Assembly (NCBI RefSeq): GCF_000315625.1
Contig: NW_005434647.1
Span: forward strand, 294,936-358,935
Direction: 5' to 3'
DNA length: 64,000 nt
Origin: Guillardia theta CCMP2712
Taxonomy: Eukaryota; Protista; Cryptophyta
Numbering within the stretch: the first letter of the stretch is position 1; every line of letters begins with the position of its first letter. The notes beneath the pieces were generated by a model that saw only the letters and a program-made list of their open reading frames with translations, did no database searches and was not told the DNA's origin. The position numbers and the translations under genes were made by a program. This document shows, one piece after another, positions 48,685 through 59,748 of this stretch.

Positions 48685-51210
48685 ATGTTGGTGTGCGCGC
48701 ATCAACTCCGATGGTTCGCCTTGCTGGCCATCTTGGGATGCGCCCTTCCCGAATCCTGCTCGCAGCGCAGGGGGGCGGTTCCACGGCCCAACAAGGAGGG
48801 GAGGCTGGGGTTCGAGGAGATCGTCTTCAAGAAAGTCTACTCGCGTGCTGACACGCCGAAAACTCCTTCCAAGTCGAACAGAACTCGACTCGCCCGAACT
48901 CCCAGGGGGCGCGGGAAGCGCGAGGAAGCGTCGGAGGCGTCGGGGAGGGAGACGACCCTGGAGGCAGTGAAGCCTGCGGCTGCAGCTTCCAACGCCTCCT
49001 CCAAGACAGGAAGCAGGACCGTCAAGTTTGTGAACGTGTCCAAGGGATCGCGTTCGCACGGGGCGTCAGCCAGGAAGGCGAAGAAAGAGTCGAAGCGCCT
49101 TCGGTCGGAGAACAGCCAGATGAACTCGGAATCAAACCTGATGCTCAGTGAGGCAGAGACAGACTACAAGTCAGAGTTCACCGACGTCGAAGACAGTCAA
49201 CAAGTGTACGACAGCTGCAGAGACCCTGAAGTTGACAGGATCTTTCCGCCCCTACACAACCAGACAGGCGGGGCGAAGGGCATCAGCGTGAAGTGGGATG
49301 TACCAAACTCCACCATCATGCAAGATGACACGATGAATCATGAAGGTAGCGAAGGAGGTACGTCTGATCGCAGTCGTCCGTGCAATCATCCTGTCTCACT
49401 GCTGTCACCCGCAGTCGATGATGGCTCCTTTGCTCCTTCCACCGCAGATCCCAGCGATGACGAGCTGGTTTCGAATGCTCCTGGCTTAGACGAAGAGTGC
49501 CCGCAGGAAGAAGTGCCATCGCAACCATCAGGGCTGACGAGGATGGGACTTGGGATCTTACGTTTGATTCGAACATCTGTTCTAGGAGAGTTGTCACCCA
49601 TCAAGGAAGCTAAAGGTTAGCCGAGATGCCCGATATGAGTTTGCAGGCTTGACTCACTTCTTATCAGCAGAGAACGTGAACGACAGCCATGCTACGATCA
49701 AGGTGTTTGTCTCCAGAGTAGTCACGAGGATTGACAATTGAAACGTTTTTTTTGCCGTTGACGCAGCCGAGCGAGGATTCGCCCCATGCCTTGTCGCCTT
49801 TGATGCCGAGTCAACAGTTGGGGCCGGAGAACGTGGTATTGACACTCTACTTACGTCTCATTTCAATTGATAAGAAGCAAACAAATCGAGTTCAGTGCTG
49901 AAGTTTCATCTTCTCAGACAAAGAACCAGTTCGCGCTGCCAACTGTTGGAGGATTGTTCCACAACATCGTGTCCTACCTGGCAAAGAACAACACTGAAAG
50001 GTTCCTTCTTGTCTTTTTGACACCCGCAATTAACATTGTCTTAGTCGAAAACAGCTTGTCGTTCATGAGACTGCAAGGGGAGCGCAAGAGAAGAAAATTG
50101 TAGTTGTCATGTGACCAATCCCTGCTCCCTAGCTGACTCTTGTACTGTCTTCAGGTAGAGAAGGTTGAGTTGGAGGAACCATCCTACATCACTGTCAAGA
50201 TCAAAGACGAATGCAAGGATGACAAGGAACCCTCTGAGCTGAAAATCTTTCCGATCCGTGAGAATAAGGCTGCTCGAACAAAGCGGAATGTGAAGTGCGT
50301 AGTGGACGAAGGGGTTCCAGGTATTCTTTCAACGTCATGTCCTTCACTTCCCGTTCATTGTTTAATCTTTCACAACCAACGCAGGCACACCATTCGGATC
50401 GAAAATCGTCCGCGTAGTGGGCGTGAGACCGACTACCTACAGACTGTACCAAGATAACGAGGATCGTCGCAGGTCAAGAAAATCCTCTTACGTTTCAACA
50501 GTGCTGACGTCTCCTAGGGAATCCGAGAGAGAGAATGAGAGAAAGCAAGCTTTCAAGATGTTCGGAGGGATTTCCAAGAAGGCACGATTCTCGAAGCCGA
50601 AGAAGACCGGCATCTCGTGGTTTTGGGGGTCGCAAACCCAAGACAAGGTGCTGAAAGCTTCACATGTGGACGCATGATCTGATTCCGCTTGTCCCTTCCC
50701 TTGCCAGGCGGCAAAGAGCAAGTACAACTACTCCAACATGCTCAAAGGAAGCATCAGATCCAGCAGCAATGCCAAGAGAGGAGCTGTCTACAATAGCAAG
50801 ATATGGGAGAGGCCTCAATCGGCTGTGAATATGTCGCCTGTTGGGAGCTCCTTCAAGGTTCGTCCCGTTGTTTTGCCTTTGGTGTTGTAAGGATATTTTG
50901 ACTCCCTCCTCAGCAACAAGTGTTGGAGGCTCAGGACACTTTGGGTTTCAACCCTCTCATGTCACAAGCCAAGGAACTTCCGGTGTGTTGTGAATTCATT
51001 GAAAGGTATGACATATGACGAAGAGGAACTTTTTACAGGTTGGAAGTGCGCGGGAGTCTCTCAAGAAAGGTGAAGCCCGTCCTTGTCTTTTCAGATCGAG
51101 AGTTTGACTGCTTCCGTTCAGGCTCAAGTTTCTTGAACGAGTCTCCAGGAGCAGAGTCAAAGCTGCTGGGGCAGAACAAGATAGCGAGGGCGGAGATGCT
51201 TGGTTTCTAG
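48685..51210 (+). CDS. Hypothetical protein with signal peptide (possibly two genes)
   Basis: MLVCAHQLRWFALLAILGCALP; spliced to ..KIARAEMLGF* at 51210. Confidence 0.5.
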
Positions 51211-51243
51211 ACTTCAAGATTTTCCTCCATGGCATACAAGGTT

Positions 51244-52631
51244 TCATGCATCGGCTTGAATCTCTTCGGCCGGTCGAGCTGCTAGCTCGGTGCCTTCGCT
51301 CCTTCCCTTCTCGATGCCATCTGGCTCTGCTTACCGCCATCAACGACCCTCCAGCCACGACGACAAGATCAGGACATACCTATGAAGTTTTCGTAGTTTT
51401 CTAGAGCCATACGATGCTTCTCCGCGATGTAGGCGATGGAGCTAGACACGAGTGAGGGGAGAATGCAACATCGCAAGAATAGACCCTACCTCCCCAGAGT
51501 GAAGGCAAACCCTAGCAACAGGACGGGAGAACCAGCCCAACTCCAACTCTCTCCAAGTCCGGGGTATATCAACCCCAAAAACATCCCGAAGACCCAGAGG
51601 CCTACGACACGGCCTGACCCGATCATATTTGCAGGGATCATACCATACTGATGTCTCAACCACCACATGATCGCAGTCCGGCCGAAGGCACCGAACAGAA
51701 CCAGCAGCACCAGCCCGGCGATCATCGGGTACCGCCGGGCGGAGACGATCAGGTCGACGGTGCTCTCTACCGACCCGTTGTCCGATCCCGGCAAGATTTG
51801 AGCAAAGATCAACAAGATGATCCAACAAGACCCTTGTATCAACCCAATGATCACGTTCAGAGACCAGGGGTCTAGACCGTCGTCCACGAAGCCAAGCTCT
51901 CCTAGCAGACACTCAGTGGCTGTGCCGACTGCGTTTCCCGTTGAAAACAGTATTCCCCATAACCAAAGTTCGCCTTTCACGTGCATCCCAAACAGTACGA
52001 TCTCGTTCCCTTGCTCGGCATGGTGAAAGTCTTGTTCGACACTCTTCTCCAAGCTTGACTCCGACAGAGACAGCGACAGCGTCGTTGCGCAAAGCCCCAC
52101 CAACGCTCCAGCTATGCAGCCCGCAAAGTACCGGGTCATCTTCGACTTCTTTGTGATGTAAGCTGAACCAAAAGCTGTGATCACAAGGATGCCAGCCTCC
52201 ACAAGCACCCAGCTGCCACTGGGAGGGATGAACAGCAAGCTCAGAAAACCGAAGTACAGCGCAACCATGTCGGAGGCTGCAATCAGGCAATATCTTGACT
52301 TTGGCAACTGATGCGGCACACCAAAGTATTCACGGACGGTGTGGATGTTCGCCCAGGGAGCACAGAGGAGTTTTGCTACACTCATCAAGTAACACAGGAA
52401 CATGGGCTTCACTAAACGTTCACCTTCTGCACCTCGCAAGTTCAGAGAGCTGAAGCTTCTAGCAGAGTTCAGGTTGACAGCATGCGCAAGATACAGGACG
52501 GCGACAACCCCCACAAGTTTCGGGCTGCACAATGACAGATACTTATGGAGAGCATGCTTTCTTTCAGCAGCCGGCTGTGCCCTTTTCTCGTACTCGAGGG
52601 CACAGACAGGATCCGTGTACATCCTGCTCAT
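51244..52631 (-). CDS. DMT/SLC35-family transporter (SLC35F6-like)
   Basis: About 10 TM segments, AASDMVALYFGFLSLLFIP, LPGSDNGSVES; two short 3' introns give ..SIAYIAEK..EEIQADA*. Confidence 0.7.
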
Positions 52632-53219
52632 CTTGCTTCAGAAGAAGCTCAAGCTTCTTGTTGTACGGAGAAGCCAGCCTGGTGGACTGCTGGTTTCAGA
52701 CTGCACTCAGCGCAGCAGGTGCAGCAGAAAGAAATAGATCGGCAGGAGCCAGGCAAGAGAAAGAATAGGAGAGGAGGAGGAGAGTTGGTGGCGCAGGATC
52801 AGAGAAGCTGTTGTGGGCGGAGCAGGCAGAGCAGTGTCCTGACCGATGCCTAGTGGGGAGCTCTTTCTGAAGGGAGGGCGGGGGGGAGGTAGGGGTATTT
52901 AGGGACAGGGGAAGAGTCGTACTTAAGCCTATCACATCATTAGTGATAATTCATAGGTAAGACGTTAATGCAGAAGACCTATCCACTCCTCTTTCTCTTT
53001 CAAATACCACCACCCCTCAGGATTGTTTTCCTTCCCACCCCGCGCACGATGAGCCCCTTCCATCACCCCACTAACCTTTGCCAAATAGGGAAAACTACCC
53101 TACCCACCCCCTATTCATATTGAGTGTTTTAAAGGCAATGGATTTTAGTTTTTAGTACCCCCATTATTCACACCAATAACACCGGTGGGACCCATCACGT
53201 CCCCATGAGTTTTTACTCA

Positions 53220-53985
53220 CTGAGTCAGCGGTGAAGGTGACTGAGGGAATTGCACGACCCGGTGACCCGGCGTCGCCCGGTACGGTACCGTCGGTAGCCG
53301 GCGGGCCCGGACTCGCCCGGAGTGACCGTGGCCCCGGCCGGCGCGGCCCGGCGGCGGGCCGGGCAACTTTTGCACCCGGCGTACGGCCCACTGGGCCAGC
53401 CTCGGGAGTCAGCCGCCGGCCGCGGCCGGGCCCGCGGCCCGGCCGCAGCCCGGCTCAGCGGGCTAACACACAGTGGCACTGCCACCGCGGCGCCGCACTG
53501 TCACTGCCGGCCGCCCGGCACTGCACTGAGGCTGGGCCGGGGCCACGCTCAGTCCGGGGCAGCCCCGCCCGGCCGGCCGGCGGGGGGCCAGGCGGCCAGG
53601 CACCGGGAGTCTCACAGGCTCTCACGGTGAGTGACAGTGACAGCCACAGAGCCGGCCCGCCGGGCCCCGGCAGCGGCCGCCCGGCGGCGCGCGGCCCGCC
53701 ACTGGGCGCCGGGCCCCCCGCCGGCCGCGGCCGCCGGCCACTGACTTCGAGGCTCCGCCGGGCCGGGCCGCACAGCGTGACCCGCAGTGACCCCCGCGTG
53801 GCGGCCGGGCATGCCCGCCCGGGGGGCGGGCCGGGCGCCGACTCAGGGCCCGGCCTCCGGGGCAGCCTGAGAAAGCTTGCCGCCAACACTGGCAAGTGGG
53901 CCGACCAAGTTCCGGAAGCCTTCAAGCCCGGCCAAAAGAGCTGCAGCGGCTTGCTGAGGGCGGGTGGCCTGTTCGGGGGGACTAA
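53220..53985. promoter_or_regulatory. GC-rich intergenic island 4, with a TACCC zone on the left and a GGGTA zone on the right
   Basis: Same vocabulary (cactgagtcag, gtgacagtgac, ccggccgg); symmetric flanks. Confidence 0.5.
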
Positions 53986-55699
53986 TCACTGGGGTAGGGT
54001 GCTCATTGTAACTTATTACTGAAGGGTAGGGTCTTCCAAGGACCGGGTAGGGATTCAAATCCCATCGCAGAATATCAACCGGGTACGTTACAGATCGAAG
54101 TAGGTAGGGTAGTAAAATCTCAATTACCTTGGTGGGTAGGACATGGAATTGGTGGGTAGGGGTCTCAAAGATGTAAACTCCGGGTAGGATCGGTAGCATC
54201 AAGGGGTGGGGGTACTACATGGCTAAAAGATTGATGGGAGGGGTGTAGCCACCACGCCCTCGGGCTCCGGGCAATTAGACCACCAGGGGTGGGTAATGGA
54301 AATACCGGGTAGTCCCTCCATAGATGTCATGGCTGGTCATCGAAACTTACGAAGGCAGACCTCGGAGGATACGGCTGAAACATTAGTGATTCACTTACAA
54401 TTTTTGTTGACTTGTGACAGCATCCCAGCACACGTGAACAATTGCTGAGAGAAAGCATATCGGGATACGGGGTAGGGTACACATATACAAAGGAAAGGGG
54501 GTGACGTAGGGTGGGGTCAATAAGGTTTTAGAGGGGTCAGCTTCAGAGAAACAGTGGGTACTTGATGGTGATTAGGGGGTGGGGGTGGAGGCAGCCGAAC
54601 AAAACTTTAGTCAATTTTGTCCTCCTCTTTTCGAATGGCCGGCGGTAAAGAAATACCGAAAGGGGTCATATGAGGATCCGGAAAATGTATTTAAGGTTTA
54701 GTTATCTTCGTTGTGGTAGCCAAGGAAGGTCAGGATCCAGCCTCTTGGGAAAGCTACCTCATGGACTGATCACGCGTTCGGACGCTTGCAAGGTCTTTTT
54801 CCCTGGGTATACAAGATCCTAAAATTTATAAATATACGTATAGGTAAAATTCATATACCTCTACTATATCATCCACAAATCCTCGGCCCCTGTTGGGGGC
54901 GGCACTACCTTCCGATGTAGCCCCACACCCCCAACAAATAATTTGAATGGTACTAAAATATTACTTGAGCTAAACTACAGGTACAAAATGTCAGGGGTAT
55001 ACAGGGTATGTGGTTGAAAAATATGAATCGTAGGGTAGTTTCTGGCTGAAGAAGAGGCAGGTCGGTTGCGGCGGCGCGGCAGTGGATGAGTAGCTTAGGT
55101 GGGTAACAAACGTGTTCTGGCCATGAACAAGGAGCTGTTTTTGCATTCATAATGCATGTTCTTATCGATCTGGTAGTTTCTGTGTTTTGTCTTGTGCAGC
55201 CTACGTGCGATCTTGAGCCGATGGCCTAGAATGCAGACGTCATCTCTCGTGTGTCGTTTTTTTGTACTAAATTGTTAGGAGGTTCGCGTAATGATTGCAT
55301 GGGCATGTGGTGATATGCATATTTCTCTTGATAGGTGATACTTCTTTATATCCCAGTTCTTCAAACAGTTGTTGTACACAAGCACTCTCGCTCTTTTAAT
55401 TTTTCACCTCGCAAAGCTTGAAGAGCTTGATCTGTTTTTCTATTGCCTGTTTCTACGACGTTCTTATGCTGGATGCATTTTCCTTGTTGCAGTTGTGATG
55501 TCGGGTGACTGATCCTTCATTCGCTCTGCAAGCGAATTGCATATTGATTTTGTAATGTCACAATTTTTTTGCCACTCATCGTGTATCTGATTTCTCCTGC
55601 ATTTACAGATATCTTTGAAAGAAGTTAGGGCTACTCAAGATTTCAAGTAACAAAATTTGCGGGTGCAAAGGAGTTTAGAGAACAAGAGATAGTGGGAAC

Positions 55700-57009
55700 A
55701 TGGCTGATCAAGACGGAGACAAGAAGCCACTGTTGACCGATGAGAAAGTGATTGGGAATGGCTCATTTGGAGTTGTGTTTCAAGCGAAACTTGTGGAGAC
55801 AGGCGAAATTGTAGCGGTGAAGAAAGTGTTACAGGATAAGCGATTTAAGGTAGATGTCTGTGCTTTGATTCTTGTATCTTGGCTCATGCAATGGCGAAAA
55901 CAGAATCGCGAACTCCAAATCATGAAGCAGCTGAAACATACTAACGTTGTTGAGCTGAAAAGCTGCTTCTATTCCAAAGGGGACAAGGTTAGATTGATTT
56001 TCCACTAGTTCTTGTTTGATGATTTAATCGATCATGTTTTACAGCCAGATGAAGTTTATCTGAATTTAGTCCTGGAATTCGTGCCGGAAACAATATATAG
56101 AATTGTAAAACACTATAGCAGAACGAAGCGCGTTGTTCCAGGTGTTTTTATTAAGGTGATATCATCCCTTTCTTCACTTATTAGTGCAAACTGAGATGTG
56201 TTTCAGCTTTACATGTATCAGGTTGCCAGAGCACTTGCATACATTCACCAGCTTGGAATATGCCATCGAGATATTAAGCCACAGAATCTTCTTCTAGATC
56301 CGCAAACTCATGCTGTCAAATTATGTGACTTTGGAAGCGCAAAGATGCTCGTCAAAGGAGAGGCGAACATTGCATACATCTGTTCTCGTTATTACAGAGC
56401 ACCGGAACTTATTTTTGGAGCGACTGATTACACAACGGCAATCGACACTTGGTCTTACGGATGCGTTTTTGCGGAGCTAATGCTCGGACAGCCCTTGTTT
56501 CCTGGTGAGAGCAATGTGGATCAGGTACAGTTTCAGTGATCTCGATGCTGTTTTGTGAACTTGTTTGCAGTTGGTTGAGATCATCAAGGTTGTGGGAACT
56601 CCAACAAGGGAAGAAATTCAATGCATGAATCCGAACTACACAGAATTCAGGTTTCCTCAGATCAAGGCTCACCCATGGGCAAAGGCAAGATGCAACTTCT
56701 GCAACATCTGCAGTCTGACCCTGTTCTCAGGTTTTCAGAGCAAAGGCACACCCCGATGCGATCGACCTGATTTCGAAGCTTTTGCAGTACATCCCCGAAA
56801 AGAGGGTAACCCCGATGCAGTCCTGCGCTCATGCGTATTTCGACGAGCTGCGTGATCCGAATCTCCACCTCCCTAACATGAAACTGCCGCCTCTGTTTGA
56901 TTTCACCCCCGAAGAAGTTCGCGCGGGAGGGGAACTGATGAGAAAGCTCATTCCTCCCCATTACCAGGGTCAGTCAAGTGGTGCTGCTTCCTCTTCAGAA
57001 AGGCGTTAG
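55700..57009 (+). CDS. GSK3: Glycogen synthase kinase-3 / shaggy-like kinase
   Basis: [63 protein letters not shown]; 5 introns. Confidence 0.97.
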
Positions 57010-57317
57010 GATCGATCAGAACACAGGAGAAGGGCGAAATTGAGGGATGGGGCATGCAAATTTCTTTGGATGGGGAATGGACTCTTCTACATGTCAGATG
57101 TGTGATCAGCTTCTTGAGGTCGAAACGAAGTTGTTTACAAAAGCAAGTCAAATCTCCAGATGCTGTACAACATTCTTGTACAAATCTTATTAGATCTGTT
57201 GAAAGTAACGAACATTTTAATCCTAGCTTTGCAGTAGCTTTGCAGTAAATCGTTGGTATATTGGATCACGACAAGCAAGTCTTGTTGCATCGAATCCATG
57301 CACGTCAGTAGTTGGTT

Positions 57318-58568
57318 TCAATCCATGGAGCAGGGAATGAGGCACAAGACTTGACCAGGCGAGATCGCAGAGGGGTCGGAGATGTCAGGGTTGATCTGAA
57401 GAATCTTCTTCACCGTCGTCCTGAAACGGCTGGCTACATGCTCGAGGTCTTCGCCAACTTTGATGGCGTACAAGGGCCCGAGGTGAATGATGGCGTTAGT
57501 TGCAGTGATCTCGTCCGGATCTCCGAAGGCCGTGGTGGGCGAGAGAGGATCAGGATGGAGCTCAGACATGCCATTGGTGTTCCACAGCTGCAGCCAGTTG
57601 GAGCTGAAGTCGAACCTCCTGTTGATGGAGTGCAGAGAGTCCCCAGCCTGGATACAGTACTTGCACTTGGGGACGAGGACTATAATGCACCTCTGGATGG
57701 CGAGGATAGAATTGACGTCTGCGTCTGAAGCTACGAAGCAAGCGGTGAAGTTCTTGTTCTCATGACCTGGCGATGCTTTCCAGCGCAGGCATTTCTTGCA
57801 AGGCCCCGGGGCATAAGAAGGAGGCTCAGCGCTGCTGACAGGGAACAGCGGGTTGAGAGTTGAAGGGTAGGAGCTGGGCTGACAGGTCGAGTCGAAGGCC
57901 GCTGCGTACGCTTGGTCGACTCCAGTCAAGAAGATGTCCGTATGTGTTCGGTTGTACTGATCCTGCGCTTGCACACAAACTTCCAGGTCACACCCAACTG
58001 GACTGTGGAAGACCTGGCCATCTAGCGGAGAAAGGGAGTCGAAGACGATCTTAGGGGCCAGCACGGATACGTAGAAGCACTTCTTGACGGAACAGCTGAT
58101 CATGTTGGTTGGCATCGCGACCACACAGACTGAGTAGTTGGTCCCGACCTGCTCTCTGTTGGGCGTCCACAAGAAGCTCTTGCAGACGCTCGAGTAAGGG
58201 TCGGTCAGGGTCGAGACTCGAACTTCGCCATAGCACGAGCTGGGCATGAACGATGCTCCGTTGGGCAGCCCTGGGTCCTCGCTCGCGAACGCTGAGAGCT
58301 GCTGATCGGAGTTCCACCAGACCGTCACGTTCATTTGGAGCTGCGAGTCCGGTATCATGAGCATGTTCTCCGCGGGTATGCTCCTGGGCCCATAGACCGG
58401 CATGTTGTTGACGGAGCGAGTCGGGTCGGTCACATCCCCCTTGATGCCCAGGCTCGCCTTGAAGTCGATGTTAACGGCAGGCGAGCATGACTGAGCAGTG
58501 CAGTCGCTCCATAGGACTGCCAAGACGAGGATCGAGAGAGGCTTGAGGTGCATTGTGCGATGTCGCAC
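57318..58568 (-). CDS. Secreted Cys-rich protein with two C-terminal LysM domains (intronless)
   Basis: Signal peptide; YCIQAGDSLHSINRRF and YAIKVGEDLEHVASRFRTTVKKILQINPDISDPSAISPGQVLCL. Confidence 0.88.
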   Translation of the reverse strand: MRHRTMHLKPLSILVLAVLWSDCTAQSCSPAVNIDFKASLGIKGDVTDPTRSVNNMPVYGPRSIPAENMLMIPDSQLQMNVTVWWNSDQQLSAFASEDPGLPNGASFMPSSCYGEVRVSTLTDPYSSVCKSFLWTPNREQVGTNYSVCVVAMPTNMISCSVKKCFYVSVLAPKIVFDSLSPLDGQVFHSPVGCDLEVCVQAQDQYNRTHTDIFLTGVDQAYAAAFDSTCQPSSYPSTLNPLFPVSSAEPPSYAPGPCKKCLRWKASPGHENKNFTACFVASDADVNSILAIQRCIIVLVPKCKYCIQAGDSLHSINRRFDFSSNWLQLWNTNGMSELHPDPLSPTTAFGDPDEITATNAIIHLGPLYAIKVGEDLEHVASRFRTTVKKILQINPDISDPSAISPGQVLCLIPCSMD

Positions 58569-59748
58569 TGGCAGTTGTTCAGAGAGACATGCAGCTTCTT
58601 GGGCCCCGCCGTTACAGCGATTGCTTGCCTGGAAACAACAAAACGCACGTCAGATTCGATTTAGGCATCTTGTCAAGGGAGACAATCGTATCGTTGTTCT
58701 ACTCTCCGATATTCCATCTACAATGCGTCACCCCGAGACTCTCCCCTGCCGCGCCTTCTCAGCCTGCTCCTGAGGTTCCGAGCCAGTCTGCCTCCACGTC
58801 AGGCTCCCTTGCTACCTTCAAGTTCAGTACGGTTCCTGTAGAGTCAAGTTTGGCAACTCTATCAGACCCTTCCTCCCTCAGTCCCTTCGAGTCTCAGTCC
58901 GTACGAACCCATCTTCTGGGACGTACCACTGTAATACAATGACATCATATTGCCACCATCTCCTTCATCTCCCCCCGCTGCCATCGACACGCCGCATGGA
59001 CGGGGCTGCCCCGCCATGATCAGCTGCCATGATGATCCGTCAGTTGACATCACCGTTACGTATAGTAGATCTTCTGTAACGTTCTGATGCAAAAATCGGT
59101 TAAGGAACGTTACTCTTGCAGGAAGGATAAGAGCAGGTAGCTGAGCTGCATATGGGGTAGGGGTGGTCATTAGTTACATCCTCAGATTTCAGTACCGGTG
59201 TTTTTAGCACGATGAGAGGTATATCACCCTACTTATATTGGTCAAAGTAGGGGTAGAGATGCACCTCGGGGGGTGTGGTGGACATATTAACAGAAAGTGG
59301 TGGGTAGGGGTAACATAATTTGAGATGCGGCAGGGTGGGGGTGTGGAGTTGAAGATACTGGCGGGACCACGTGGAGATGGTGGGCATGAGCAGAGGAGGG
59401 AGGGAGAGGAAGGGAGAGAGAAGAGAAGGAAGGTGGGGAGGAGGGGGAGGAGGGAGGAAGAGGAATGATGGGAAGGAGGAGGGGGGGTGCCGAGGAGAGT
59501 TTAGGAAGGGAAAAGCAGTTGTGATGGCAGGAGGAAAGAGATTTGGACGGTGTAGGGAGGGGAGGGGAAAGTAAAGTGGGGAAAATGAAGAGCGCAGAGG
59601 GAGAAGAGGATGATTTTCAGGTGGACTTGAGGTCAGGGGAGAAGGAAAGGACGTGGTGAGGGATGACATGCAAGCAATAGGAGCAGATGTCGGAGAATGA
59701 GAGTGCAGAGAGCAGAGGGGGGGCGGGCACCTTTTGGTTCTCGTTACG

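Noticed and set aside
51121-51404. Long + frame overlapping the SLC35 3' end
   Set aside because: Splice phase of the preceding exons gives a stop at 51210, so no CDS overlap is needed
53231-54022. Long P/G/R/A-rich ORFs in the GC islands (also 3614-4372, 31729-32154)
   Set aside because: Stop-poor because of extreme GC; open in several frames, with no domain or splice structure
54395-54425. Sm-site-like AATTTTTG suggesting an snRNA
   Set aside because: No recognisable U1/U2/U4/U5 conserved sequences or flanking stems
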